Shown piece by piece: positions 22,091 to 31,831 of a stretch of 64,000 nt of DNA (position 1 is its first letter; the number at the start of each line of letters is the position of its first letter). Made by a program: the position numbers and the translations under genes. This DNA comes from Actinomycetota bacterium. GTDB lineage: Bacteria; Actinomycetota; Acidimicrobiia; Acidimicrobiales; CAIXPF01. The stretch spans positions 3,515 to 67,514 of the forward strand of contig VGBO01000001.1 in the NCBI GenBank assembly GCA_016870475.1. Direction: 5' to 3'. Under the pieces are notes generated by a model that was not told the origin of the DNA, searched no databases, and saw only the letters and a program-made list of their open reading frames with translations.

Positions 22091-22500
22091 CAGAACCGGC
22101 CGGGGAAGAAGATGCCGAGCTCGCGCACTGCGCTCTCGGCGGAGTCCGAGCCATGGATGAGGTTCTCGGTGTGGAGGAGCCCGAAGTCGCCGCGGATGGT
22201 GCCCGGCGCGGCGTCGAGCGGGTTCGTCGCTCCCATCATCTGGCGGACGACCCGCCACGTGTCCTGGGGCCCTTCGATGGCCCCCACGACGACGGGTCCA
22301 CGCGACATGAAGGCGACGAGGTCGGCGTAGAACTCCTTCCCGACGTGCTCCTCATAGTGACGGGCGAGGATGTCGGCGTCGAGCAGGCGGTGCTCGAGCG
22401 CGGCGACACGGAGCGATCGGCGCTCGAAGCGGGAGAGGATCTCGCCGACGAGCCCCCGCTCGACAGCGTCTGGTTTCCAGATGACGAGGGAGCGGTCCAT
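22090..22500 (-). CDS. ndk: Nucleoside diphosphate kinase
   Basis: [25 protein letters not shown] and [12 protein letters not shown] (active-site His). Confidence 0.95.
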   Translation of the reverse strand: MDRSLVIWKPDAVERGLVGEILSRFERRSLRVAALEHRLLDADILARHYEEHVGKEFYADLVAFMSRGPVVVGAIEGPQDTWRVVRQMMGATNPLDAAPGTIRGDFGLLHTENLIHGSDSAESAVRELGIFFPGRF

Positions 22501-22530
22501 CGGGACAACGCTACCGAGTCGTCGTACGGA

Positions 22531-23832
22531 TCACGCCCTGCCGAGCCGTCGGCGCAACAGGCGTCGCGCCGAGCCGACGAGGTAGAGCGAACCCGAGACG
22601 AACACGAGGTCCTCCGCGCCCGCCCCGCGCAGCGCCTCGTCGAGCGCGGTCTCCACATCCGCGGCGGGAACCGCCGTGCAGCCCTCCGCCGTCGCGACCG
22701 CCGCGAGCTCCTCGGCCGACAGCGCACGCGGCGACTCGGGCGCACAGGTCACGACGAGGTCGAACTCGGCGGCGCCGAACGCCCGCAGCATCGCTGCGTG
22801 ATCACGTCCGACGAGCATCCCCACGACGAGGATCCGTCGCCCTGCCGGGGCGAACCCCTCACGGAACACTGCACCGGCGGCGACTGCTCCCTCGAGGTTG
22901 TGCGCGCCGTCGATGATCACGAGCGGGTTGCGGCCGAGGACCTCGAACCGACCGGCGACCTCGACCGTGGCGAACGCCGTCGCTGCGACATCCGGCGCGA
23001 CGGCGCGACCGAAGAACGCCTCCGCTGCGGCGAGCGCCACCACGGCGTTGTCGCCCTGGTGTGCGCCGTGCAACGGGACGAACACCTCCTCGAGATGCTG
23101 GTACCGCGTGCGGAGATCGCAGAGTCGACCGCCGACGGCGAGCCGGTTGCCCGTTGCATCGAAGTCCTCACCGCGGATCCACGCATCGACGGGGCCCTCG
23201 GCGAGGAAGATCGGGCGGAGCTCGGGGTCGGTCTCGCCGAGCACGAGGGTGCTCGACGGCTTGATGATCCCCGCCTTCTCCCGGGCGATGCGTTCCCGCC
23301 ACGCCTCACCGAAGTCGGTGTGGTCGCTGCCGATGTTGGTGACCACCGCGACGTCGGCGTCGACGATGTTGGTCGCGTCGTACCGGCCGAGCACGCCGAC
23401 CTCCACGACGGCGACGTCGACGGCGCACTGGGCGAACCACGAGAGCGCGATCGCCGTGAGGCACTCGAAGTGGCTCGGTCGATGGGTGAGCAGCGGCTCG
23501 ACATCGGCGAGCTCGCCGATGAGGCGACCGAACTCCTCGGGGGCGATCGGCTCGTCGTCGAGTCGGAGCCGTTCCGTGTACTCCTCGACGTGGGGACTCG
23601 TGTAGGTGCCGACGCGCAGCCCGTGCGCGAGCAGCAACCTGGTCACCATGCGGGCGGTGGATCCCTTGCCGTTCGTGCCGGTGATGTGGATCACCCGGTA
23701 GGCCCGGTGCGGGTCACCCCACAGCCCGGCCAGTTCATGCATCGCATCGAGGGAGAGGTCGTCGTAGACGCCGGCCCGCGCCTCCCGGTTGATGTGCCCG
23801 TCGAGGTACGCGAGCGCCTCGTCGTACTGCAC
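22531..23832 (-). CDS. folC: Bifunctional folylpolyglutamate synthase / dihydrofolate synthase
   Basis: IHITGTNGKGSTARM (Mur-ligase P-loop), with length and neighbourhood typical of folC. Confidence 0.9.
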   Translation of the reverse strand: MQYDEALAYLDGHINREARAGVYDDLSLDAMHELAGLWGDPHRAYRVIHITGTNGKGSTARMVTRLLLAHGLRVGTYTSPHVEEYTERLRLDDEPIAPEEFGRLIGELADVEPLLTHRPSHFECLTAIALSWFAQCAVDVAVVEVGVLGRYDATNIVDADVAVVTNIGSDHTDFGEAWRERIAREKAGIIKPSSTLVLGETDPELRPIFLAEGPVDAWIRGEDFDATGNRLAVGGRLCDLRTRYQHLEEVFVPLHGAHQGDNAVVALAAAEAFFGRAVAPDVAATAFATVEVAGRFEVLGRNPLVIIDGAHNLEGAVAAGAVFREGFAPAGRRILVVGMLVGRDHAAMLRAFGAAEFDLVVTCAPESPRALSAEELAAVATAEGCTAVPAADVETALDEALRGAGAEDLVFVSGSLYLVGSARRLLRRRLGRA

Positions 23833-23836
23833 GGCG

Positions 23837-25117
23837 TCAGGACGCGGCGCGACGTTGCCGCTGCTGCGGCTGACGTGCCTGCGCGGAGCGCCGGACCACC
23901 GTCGGGTAGACCTTCTCCCTCACGTGGTGTTCGTCGATCTCGACCCGGACGGCGTCCTGCTCGGAGGGAAGGTCGTACATCACGCCGAGCAGGACCTCTT
24001 CGAGGATCGCCCGCAGGCCCCGGGCTCCGGTGCCCCGCAGGAGCGCCTGCTCCGCGATCGCGTCGAGCGCCGTGTCGGTGAGGCGGAGCTCCACGCCCTC
24101 GAGTTCGAAGAACTTCTGGAACTGCTTGACGAGCGCGTTCTTCGGCTCGACGAGGATCTGGATGAGCGCCGGCTTGTCGAGCGTCGTGACCGACCCGATC
24201 ACGGGCAGGCGGCCGACGAACTCGGGGATGAGCCCGAACTTGAGGAGATCCTCGGGACGGACCTCACCGAGCACGTCCTCGAAGGAGCGGTCCTCGGAGG
24301 AGCGGATGCGTGCGCCGAAGCCAACGGCGTTGCGCCCCTGCCGCTGTTCGATGATCGACTCGAGACCGGCGAACGCCCCACCGCAGATGAACAACACGTT
24401 CGTGGTGTCGATCTGGATGAACTCCTGGTGGGGGTGCTTTCGGCCTCCCTGCGGCGGGACCGACGCCGTCGTGCCCTCGAGGATCTTGAGCAGGGCTTGC
24501 TGGACCCCTTCGCCCGAGACGTCGCGGGTGATCGACGGGTTCTCGCTCTTGCGGGCGATCTTGTCGATCTCGTCGATGTAGATGATCCCCGTCTCCGCCT
24601 TCTTCACGTCGTAGTCGGCGGCCTGGATCAGCTTGAGAAGGATGTTCTCGACGTCCTCACCGACGTAGCCCGCCTCGGTGAGCGCCGTCGCGTCGGCGAT
24701 CGCGAAGGGGACGTTGAGCAGGCGGGCGAGCGTCTGGGCGAGGAGCGTCTTGCCGCAACCGGTCGGACCGATGAGCAGGATGTTGGACTTGGCAAGCTCG
24801 ACGTCGTTCGCCCCGGACGCGCCGAACTGCACGCGCTTGTAGTGGTTGTAGACGGCGACGGACAGGATCTTCTTCGCGTGCTCCTGCCCGACGATGTAGT
24901 CGTTCAGGAACTGGAAGATCTCACGGGGCTTGGGAAGCTCGTCGAACTGCACCTCGGACTTCGAGGAAAGCTCCTCCTCGAGGATCTCGTTGCAGAGCTC
25001 GATGCACTCGTCGCAGATGTACACGCCGGGTCCGGCGATGAGCTTCTTGACCTGCTTCTGCGTCTTCCCGCAGAACGAGCACTTGAGGAGTTCCGTGCCC
25101 TCGCCGAATTTCGCCAC
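23837..25117 (-). CDS. clpX: ATP-dependent Clp protease ATP-binding subunit ClpX
   Basis: Zinc-binding N-terminus [26 protein letters not shown], Walker [14 protein letters not shown] and Walker [10 protein letters not shown]. Confidence 0.97.
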   Translation of the reverse strand: MAKFGEGTELLKCSFCGKTQKQVKKLIAGPGVYICDECIELCNEILEEELSSKSEVQFDELPKPREIFQFLNDYIVGQEHAKKILSVAVYNHYKRVQFGASGANDVELAKSNILLIGPTGCGKTLLAQTLARLLNVPFAIADATALTEAGYVGEDVENILLKLIQAADYDVKKAETGIIYIDEIDKIARKSENPSITRDVSGEGVQQALLKILEGTTASVPPQGGRKHPHQEFIQIDTTNVLFICGGAFAGLESIIEQRQGRNAVGFGARIRSSEDRSFEDVLGEVRPEDLLKFGLIPEFVGRLPVIGSVTTLDKPALIQILVEPKNALVKQFQKFFELEGVELRLTDTALDAIAEQALLRGTGARGLRAILEEVLLGVMYDLPSEQDAVRVEIDEHHVREKVYPTVVRRSAQARQPQQRQRRAAS

Positions 25118-25135
25118 GACGCCCCCTCCCGACCG

Positions 25136-25753
25136 TCAGCGGATCGGGCCGGTCCGGTCGACCAGCTCGCGCGACGAGATGACGTCGTCGATGATGCCGT
25201 ACTCCTTGGCCTGTGCGGCGGTCATCACGAAGTCGCGGTCGGTGTCACGGGCGATCTGCTCGGGGGTCTGGCCGGTGTGGTGGGCGAGCACGCCCTCGAG
25301 CTCGGTCTTGATGCGGAGGATCTCGTTGGCGACGATCTCGATATCGGTCGCCTGGGCGTAGCCCGAGCCGCCGTAGGGCTGGTGGATGATGATCCGGCTG
25401 TGTGGCAGCGCCATGCGCTTGCCCTTGGTCCCCGCAGCGAGCAGCACGGCTGCAGCGGAGGCCGCCTGGCCGAAGCAGATCGTGGACACCTCGGGCCGGA
25501 TGTACATCATCGTGTCGTAGATGGCGAACATCGCGTTGATGTCGCCACCGGGGCTGTTGATGTAGATGTTGATGTCCCGATCGGGGTTCTCCGACTCGAG
25601 GTGCAACAGCTGGGCGCAGATGAGGTTGCCGACCGTGTCGTCGACCGGGGTGCCGAGGAAGATGATCGACTCCTTGAGGAGCCGGGAGTAGAGGTCGAAC
25701 GCCCGCTCACCCCGGTTGGTCTGCTCGACCACCGTTGGCACGAGGTAGTTCAT
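25136..25753 (-). CDS. clpP: ATP-dependent Clp protease proteolytic subunit (ClpP2-type)
   Basis: YINSPGGDI (Ser), IIHQP (His) and DTDRD (Asp). The [24 protein letters not shown]-terminus and [23 protein letters not shown] resemble actinobacterial ClpP2 from memory. ATG at 25753 lies inside ORF 25136..26431. Confidence 0.9.
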   Translation of the reverse strand: MNYLVPTVVEQTNRGERAFDLYSRLLKESIIFLGTPVDDTVGNLICAQLLHLESENPDRDINIYINSPGGDINAMFAIYDTMMYIRPEVSTICFGQAASAAAVLLAAGTKGKRMALPHSRIIIHQPYGGSGYAQATDIEIVANEILRIKTELEGVLAHHTGQTPEQIARDTDRDFVMTAAQAKEYGIIDDVISSRELVDRTGPIR

Positions 25754-25818
25754 GATCTCGATGTCGCGGCGGCTCGAGATCGCCACCTCCGCGAGACGGG
25801 CACCCGGGTTGCGCACGG

Positions 25819-27168
25819 TCACTCCGATTCTCCGTCCGATTCCTGCGTTGCCTTGGCCGAGAGGTCGAGTGCCGCGGGGTCGACCTCGGCGCCGTCCTCG
25901 TCGACCATCTTCACCCGACCGACGAGCCAGTCGAGCGCCTTGGCCTTCCTGACCTCGGAGCGTACCGCCGAGAGTTGGCCTGCGTGTTCGAAGTCGTGGC
26001 GGATGCGCTCGGCCTCCACACCGAAGCGACGCGACAGCTCCGCGAAGTGCTCCTCGAGGTCCTCGTCGGTCGCGTCGACGGCCTCGCCATCGGCGATGGC
26101 ACGGAGTGCGAGGTCGAGCTTGACCGCCTGCACGGCCGCACCTCGGAACTCCTCGACGACGGCGTCGGGCGTCTGGCCCGTGAACTGCAGGTAGGTGCCG
26201 AGGTCCATCCCCTGCTGGCGGAGGCGCTGGTCGAGGTTGTTGAGACGCGCCTGCAGTTCGCTCTGCACCAACGGCTCGGGCGCTTCGTCGGCGACGAGCT
26301 CGGTGAGCGCCTCGGCGAGCTTCTGCTGCCGGGCGAGCACGACCGCGAGCACCTTCTGGCGTTCGAGCTGCTCGGCGAAGGTCGCCCGCATGGTTCCGAC
26401 GTCGGCGTGGTCGGACACCTCGGCGACCCACTCGTCGGTGAGGCCGGGAAGGATCCGCTCGCGCACCTCACGGACCACGACGCGGAACGACAGGTCCGCC
26501 TCGCCCTCCTCGGGGTGCTTCGCGTCGAAGGTGCGCTCGTCGCCGACGACCGCGCCGCGGAGGGCGTCGTCGATCTCGGGGACGACGGCGCCGGACCCGA
26601 CGTCGTAGACGTAGTCGCTCGCCGTGAGGCCCTCGACCGGTTCGCCGCCTTGGGAGCCCTCGATGTCGATGACGGCCTGGTCGCCGTCGGTGGCTGCCCG
26701 TTCGGTGGTGACGTACTCGGCGTGCTGGGCACGGAGGCGTTCGACGCGCTCCTCGAGCTCGGCGTCGGTGACGGAGAGGCCCGGCACGGTGATCGAGAGC
26801 TCCCGGTAGCCCTCGACAGTGATCGTCGGGCGGATCTGCACGATCGCCTCGAAGGTCACCCCGCCCTCCTCGGCACCGGAGGTGATCTCGAGCTCCGGCG
26901 GGGCGATCACGTCGACGTCGTGGGTGCGCACCGCCTCGGCGTAGTACTCCGGCAGCGACTCCCGCAGGGCGTCCTGGCGGGCGACGCCCGTACCGAGGCG
27001 GGCCTCGAGCAGCTTCCGGGGCGCCTTGCCGGGGCGGAAGCCCGGCAGACGAACCTGCTGCGCGAGACGCTTGAACGCCTCGTCGACCTGACGATCGAAC
27101 TCCTCCGTCTCGACCTCGATCGAGAAGCGGACCTTGTTCCCCTCGAGGGATGCGACGGTGCTCTTCAC
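25819..27168 (-). CDS. tig: Trigger factor
   Basis: [20 protein letters not shown]... is a canonical trigger factor N-terminus at GTG 27168; the ORF-track TTG at 27192 is 8 codons upstream. An FKBP-type middle domain is present. Confidence 0.9.
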   Translation of the reverse strand: MKSTVASLEGNKVRFSIEVETEEFDRQVDEAFKRLAQQVRLPGFRPGKAPRKLLEARLGTGVARQDALRESLPEYYAEAVRTHDVDVIAPPELEITSGAEEGGVTFEAIVQIRPTITVEGYRELSITVPGLSVTDAELEERVERLRAQHAEYVTTERAATDGDQAVIDIEGSQGGEPVEGLTASDYVYDVGSGAVVPEIDDALRGAVVGDERTFDAKHPEEGEADLSFRVVVREVRERILPGLTDEWVAEVSDHADVGTMRATFAEQLERQKVLAVVLARQQKLAEALTELVADEAPEPLVQSELQARLNNLDQRLRQQGMDLGTYLQFTGQTPDAVVEEFRGAAVQAVKLDLALRAIADGEAVDATDEDLEEHFAELSRRFGVEAERIRHDFEHAGQLSAVRSEVRKAKALDWLVGRVKMVDEDGAEVDPAALDLSAKATQESDGESE

Positions 27169-27237
27169 AGGGGTCGGAGTGTACTGACCCAACCCCCGGG
27201 ACCCGACATGACCGCCCGGCCCTAGACTCCGGCGGCG

Positions 27238-27311
27238 CGGGGAGTGGCGCAGCCTGGTAGCGCACCTGCTTTGGGAGCAGGCGGTCGCGAGTTCGAATCT
27301 CGCCTCCCCGA
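27238..27311 (+). tRNA. tRNA-Pro (anticodon TGG)
   Basis: Hand-folded cloverleaf. Acceptor CGGGGAG/CTCCCCG, anticodon stem CCTGC/GCAGG with loop TTTGGGA, T-arm GCGAG-TTCGAAT-CTCGC, discriminator A. No encoded CCA. Confidence 0.9.
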
Positions 27312-27313
27312 CG

Positions 27314-28036
27314 GTGCGACCGACGATCCTCGTTCCAGGAAGGGTCGTCCCTGCCGGACGCTACGGCCGGGACGAGGTCGTCGCGGTCGGGCGCCGCTAC
27401 CTCGACGCCGTCGCACGGGCCGGGGCCACGGCGCTCGTGTGCGGGCCGGGCACACCGTCCGACGTGGTGGAACGGGTCGACGGCCTGCTGCTCACCGGCG
27501 GGGGCGATGTGGACCCGGCCCGGTACGGCGCCGTGCCGGACGCGCGCACCTACGGCGTCGACCCCGGCCGGGACGACCTCGAGTTCGGGCTGCTGGCGGC
27601 CGCACTCGACGCGGCGCTCCCCGTCCTCGCCGTGTGTCGAGGCCTCCAGGTGCTCAACGTCGCCCGGGGCGGGACCCTCCTCCAGCACGTCGACACCGAT
27701 CTCGCACGACGTCCGGCATCGTTCCCCGCACCCGAACCGGGGACCATCGGCCCGCTCGTCGAGGTGGTTCTCGAACCGACCTGTCGGCTCGCCGCCGCGA
27801 TCGGGACCGCGGTCCTGCACGGGTCGCACAGCCACCATCAGGCCGTCGACCGGCTCGGTGGCGGCCTCCGGCAGGTCGGCCGGGCGGCCGACGGCGTCGT
27901 GGAGGCCGTCGAGCTCGACGGCGACGCCTGGGTCGTCGCCGTGCAGTGGCACCCGGAGGACACCGCCACGGTCGATCCGGCCCAGCAGGCGATCTTCGAC
28001 CGCTTCGTCGTGGAGTCGACCCGCCGATCGCCCTAG
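27314..28036 (+). CDS. Class I glutamine amidotransferase / gamma-glutamyl-GABA hydrolase-like (peptidase C26) protein
   Basis: VDGLLLTGGGDVDP, PVLAVCRGLQVLNVARGG (nucleophile Cys) and VQWHPE. The GTG start lies 2 nt after the tRNA-Pro discriminator, and the stop lies 14 nt before tRNA-Gly. Confidence 0.8.
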   Translation: MRPTILVPGRVVPAGRYGRDEVVAVGRRYLDAVARAGATALVCGPGTPSDVVERVDGLLLTGGGDVDPARYGAVPDARTYGVDPGRDDLEFGLLAAALDAALPVLAVCRGLQVLNVARGGTLLQHVDTDLARRPASFPAPEPGTIGPLVEVVLEPTCRLAAAIGTAVLHGSHSHHQAVDRLGGGLRQVGRAADGVVEAVELDGDAWVVAVQWHPEDTATVDPAQQAIFDRFVVESTRRSP

Positions 28037-28050
28037 GCTCTCGCCCCGCT

Positions 28051-28121
28051 GCGGGTGTAGCTCAATGGTAGAGCCTCTGCCTTCCAAGCAGATGGTGCGG
28101 GTTCGATTCCCGTCACCCGCT
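28051..28121 (+). tRNA. tRNA-Gly (anticodon TCC)
   Basis: Hand-folded cloverleaf. Acceptor GCGGGTG/CACCCGC, anticodon stem TCTGC/GCAGA with loop CTTCCAA, T-loop TTCGATT, discriminator T. Confidence 0.9.
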
Positions 28122-29507
28122 CGACGTGACCGGACCGCGCGCCGTCGAACGGTCACGCGTCACGAGCAGGCCGCCGACCACGGCGACCGTCGCCACGGCG
28201 CCGCCCACCCAGAACGACCGTGCGAAATCGGCACCGGCCCGGCCGTCGCCGAGCACGGCGAACATGGTCTGCACCCCGCTCAACATGCCGATGTTCATCA
28301 TCGTGGACGCCATACCGTTCGCCACGCCGAGATCGGCGGGGTCGACGGCGGTGGCGAGCGTGGTCGAGAAGCTCGGGCTCGCGAGCCCCATCGCGAGGCC
28401 GGAGATCGACAGGCCGACCACGACGAGCCACAGGAGGTCGGCGGACGCGGCGATCGCGAAGAACGCCATGGACACGACCATGAGCACCCCACCGGCGACG
28501 ATCATCGTGCCGCCGCCCACGCGCGACGCGAGCCGACCACCGAACGGCGACGCCGCCGAGAACACCCCGGGTCGGAACAGCAGGATCCAACTGCTCGCTG
28601 CGACGCCGAGACCGAACTCGTTCTGCAACATGAGCGGGGTGAGCTGGAACCCGCCCATGTAGGCGAACTGGGAGAACGACTGGCCGATCATCGGCCCCGT
28701 GAAGTTCCGACGGGCGAAGTAGCCGAGACGGAGCAACGGCTGGTCGACCCGACGTTCCACGACGATGAACGCCACGAGGCCGACCACGGTGACCGCGACG
28801 AGTCCGAGCACCGTCGGGTTCGTGACGGAGGACCGGCGGAACTGTTCGAGGGCGAGCAGGAACGGCAGGACCGTCCCGCCGAGCAGCAACGCACCCCACC
28901 AGTCGACGCGGGCATCGGGACGCGACGGCCCCGGGCGACGGATCCAGCGGACCGACATGGTGAACGCTGCGACGGCGAAGGGCGTGAGGAGTAGGAACAC
29001 CGACCGCCAGCCGAACAGCTCCGTGAGGAACGCTCCGACGATGAGCGCGACGACGGGGACTCCCGTGAAGAACGTCTGGAACCACCCGACCGCGACCGCC
29101 CGCTTCTCCGGCGGGTACGCGTCGATGAGGAGGGCCATGCCGTTCGGCATGGTCGCGGCGATGCCGACGCCGACGAGCATGCGGAACGCGATGAACGACC
29201 CGGCGTTCCATGCGAAGGCACAGGCGAAGGTACCCACGGTGAGGATCGCCGTGCCGACGACGAAGAGCTCCTTGCGGCCGACGGCGTCGCCGACCCGACC
29301 GAGCACGGGCGTGCCGATCGCCATGGTCAGGAATAGTCCGCTGACCGCCCACCCGATCGTGGCGGGTTCAGCACCGAAGTCCCCGGCGATCGTGGCGAGC
29401 ACGGCGGACACGATGGTCATCGACGACGAGAACGCGAGCACGCCCAGGATCGCCGTGATCAGCACCCGTCTGGCGTAGGCCTCGTCCGTCGTCACGTCGC
29501 GCATCAT
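28113..29507 (-). CDS. MFS transporter
   Basis: 464 aa with many hydrophobic helices. LGRVGDAVGRKELF is an MFS motif-A-like loop. The last 3 codons overlap the tRNA-Gly 3' end on the opposite strand. Confidence 0.8.
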   Translation of the reverse strand: MMRDVTTDEAYARRVLITAILGVLAFSSSMTIVSAVLATIAGDFGAEPATIGWAVSGLFLTMAIGTPVLGRVGDAVGRKELFVVGTAILTVGTFACAFAWNAGSFIAFRMLVGVGIAATMPNGMALLIDAYPPEKRAVAVGWFQTFFTGVPVVALIVGAFLTELFGWRSVFLLLTPFAVAAFTMSVRWIRRPGPSRPDARVDWWGALLLGGTVLPFLLALEQFRRSSVTNPTVLGLVAVTVVGLVAFIVVERRVDQPLLRLGYFARRNFTGPMIGQSFSQFAYMGGFQLTPLMLQNEFGLGVAASSWILLFRPGVFSAASPFGGRLASRVGGGTMIVAGGVLMVVSMAFFAIAASADLLWLVVVGLSISGLAMGLASPSFSTTLATAVDPADLGVANGMASTMMNIGMLSGVQTMFAVLGDGRAGADFARSFWVGGAVATVAVVGGLLVTRDRSTARGPVTSSG

Positions 29508-29533
29508 CGCACGGGCAGCGTTAGCGTCGACTC

Positions 29534-29968
29534 ATGCGTCTCGCGCTCGACCCGCCCGTCGACCCGCTCGCATACTCCTTCGCGCACCGGGTGCGGGTCC
29601 GCTTCGCAGAGACCGACGCGATGGGGATCGTGCACCACGCCGCCTACCTCCCCTACCTCGAGGAGGCGCGGGTGTCGTGGCTGCGGGCGATGGGGCACCC
29701 CTACACCGAGACCCGCACCGACGGCGTGGACTTCTCCGTCGTCGAAGCGTGGGTGCGCTACCGGAAGCCGCTGCGATTCGACGACGTCGTCGACGTCCAC
29801 GTCGCCATGGGGGCGCGGACACCGACGACGTTCCAACTCGGGTACCTGCTGCGCGTCGACGACGTGGTCTGCGCGACCGGGGTCACCGTCCACGGCGCGG
29901 TCACGACCGCCGGACGGCCGACGCGCCTGCCCGGTTGGATGGCCGAAATCGATCTCGCGTCGTTCTGA
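29534..29968 (+). CDS. Hotdog-fold acyl-CoA thioesterase (YbgC/4HBT-like)
   Basis: HRVRVRFAETDAMGIVHHAAYLPYLEEARVSWL is typical of 4HBT-type thioesterases. 144 aa. Confidence 0.8.
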   Translation: MRLALDPPVDPLAYSFAHRVRVRFAETDAMGIVHHAAYLPYLEEARVSWLRAMGHPYTETRTDGVDFSVVEAWVRYRKPLRFDDVVDVHVAMGARTPTTFQLGYLLRVDDVVCATGVTVHGAVTTAGRPTRLPGWMAEIDLASF

Positions 29969-30017
29969 CGTCCCGTACACTCCGTCCCGCAGGAACAGCG
30001 GACCGGGGGGTCACGAC

Positions 30018-31139
30018 ATGCACGTCGGCTACGCGACGATTTTCCAGAACCCGTTCGACGCGCTCAGCGACCGCGAGGTGTGGCAGAACGAGGTGCGGAT
30101 GGCGCTGATGGCGGAGCCGCTCGGCTTCGACTCGGTGTGGACCGTCGAGCACCACTTCACCGACTACACGATGACGCCGGACCCGGTGCAGTTCCTCACG
30201 TACATGGCAGGCCGCACGGAACGAGTGCTCCTCGGCACGCAGGTGATCGTGCTCCCCTGGCACGATCCGGTGCGCATCGCCGAGCAGATCGCCGTGCTCG
30301 ACCACCTCTCCGACGGCCGGATGGTCCTCGGGCTCGGTCGTGGTCTCGGTCGTGTCGAGTACGACGGCTTCCGCCTCGACATGGACGCAGCCCGCGAGAC
30401 CTTCGTCGAGTACGCCGAACTGGTCACCCAGGGCCTCGAGCAGGGCTACGTCGAAGGTGGGGCGACGGTGCAGCAGCCCCGCTGTGACATCCGGCCGCGT
30501 CCCTTCAAGTCGTTCCGCGGTCGCACGTACGCCGCTGCCGTGTCCCCCGAATCGGTCGAGATCATGGCGAAGCTCGGGATCGGCCTGCTCGTCATCCCCC
30601 AGAAGCCCTGGGAGGTCGTCGCCGAGGACTTCCAGCTCTACTACCGGACCTGGGAGCAGGTGAACCCGGGCGTGCCGCGCCCCAAGCCGCTGTGCGGGGC
30701 GTTCTTCTTCGTCGACGAGAACGAGGACCGGGCACACACGCTCGGCCAGCAGTACGTGCAGGCCTACTACCACACGGCCATGCGGCACTACGAGATGGCG
30801 TCGGAGCACTTCGGCAAGGCGAAGGGCTACGACTTCTACGCCAACGTCAACAAGTACATCGCCCGCCACGGGACCGACGGCGCCGCCGAGGCGTTCGCGA
30901 ACCTGATGCCCATCGGCACACCCGACCAGGTCATGGACAAGCTGCGGTACATCCACGGCGTGATCGACAACAAGGGCTTCACCGTGCAGACGTCCTACGC
31001 CGGCATGCCGTGGGCGGAGGCCGAACGGAACCTGCGCTGCTTCGCCGAGCACTGCCTTCCGCAGCTCAAGCAGTGGGAGACGGAACCGTTCGTCGACCCG
31101 CCGCTGCTGCGCCTCGACGCCGGCGCAGCAGCGAACTGA
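30018..31139 (+). CDS. LLM-class (luciferase-like) flavin-dependent oxidoreductase
   Basis: GFDSVWTVEHHFTDY, LPWHDPVRIAEQIAVLDHLSDGRMVLGLGRG. Confidence 0.8.
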   Translation: MHVGYATIFQNPFDALSDREVWQNEVRMALMAEPLGFDSVWTVEHHFTDYTMTPDPVQFLTYMAGRTERVLLGTQVIVLPWHDPVRIAEQIAVLDHLSDGRMVLGLGRGLGRVEYDGFRLDMDAARETFVEYAELVTQGLEQGYVEGGATVQQPRCDIRPRPFKSFRGRTYAAAVSPESVEIMAKLGIGLLVIPQKPWEVVAEDFQLYYRTWEQVNPGVPRPKPLCGAFFFVDENEDRAHTLGQQYVQAYYHTAMRHYEMASEHFGKAKGYDFYANVNKYIARHGTDGAAEAFANLMPIGTPDQVMDKLRYIHGVIDNKGFTVQTSYAGMPWAEAERNLRCFAEHCLPQLKQWETEPFVDPPLLRLDAGAAAN

Positions 31140-31158
31140 GCGACGCAGCGCCCGCCGA

Positions 31159-31780
31159 TCAGCCCGTGTAGGCGGGCGTCACCGGAGCGGGGGCCGGAGC
31201 AGCGCCCTCGAGCGTGAGCGTCATGAAGTCGAAGTGGCCGATGCCGTTGCCATTGCGCGCCATCATGATGGCGAGAGGCGAACCCGTGCAGCGCAGCACC
31301 CCGCTCGCCGGCGTCGGGATCTGACCATTCGTCGGCGTGAGCGTCGTGCCGGAGAGCGTCCACCCGACGAAGCCGCTGACGATCGACCAGGTGCAATTCG
31401 ACCCCGGATCCGACAACTCCGAGGTGTCGGCGCCATCGGCCACGTTCGCCATCCAGATGTTCACATTCGTCAGCGGCGCGGAGAACCCGAGCGACCACGT
31501 GTGCGTGGAGAAGTCGTCACGCGTAGACACCTGCCCGGTGAGGTGGTAGGGGGAAGTTCGCCCCGGTGTAGTCGTTGAACCCGCTGGGGTGGGTGGTCAT
31601 CAGGCCGTTCGCCGAGATCGTGACCGGCGACCCACCGCTCGGGGTGATGGTCAACGCCGGCCAGTTCGGGGTCACGACGTTCACCTGCGCCGCAGCAGGA
31701 GTAGCACCTGGGACGAGCGCGAGGGTGAGGGCAGAAAGGACGGCGAGGGCGGCCAGACGACCGTTGCGGAAGGTCTGCAC
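31159..31780 (-). pseudogene. Secreted protein of unknown function, reading frame split in two (31780-31517 and 31530-31159)
   Basis: GTG at 31780 gives MQTFRNGRLAALAVLSALTLALVPGATPAAAQ (signal peptide), then ...SGFNDYTGANFPLPPHRAGVYA stop at 31517. A second frame is open from 31596 and continues (YHLTGQ)VSTRDDFSTHTWSLGFSAPL... to 31159. Both parts show coding-like composition. A G5/C5 run at 31549-31553 lies in the overlap. Confidence 0.5.
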
Positions 31781-31831
31781 ACCGCCGGTAAAGCACGAGC
31801 CCGCGCTCCGGACGAGGGCTAGGTTCCCGCC

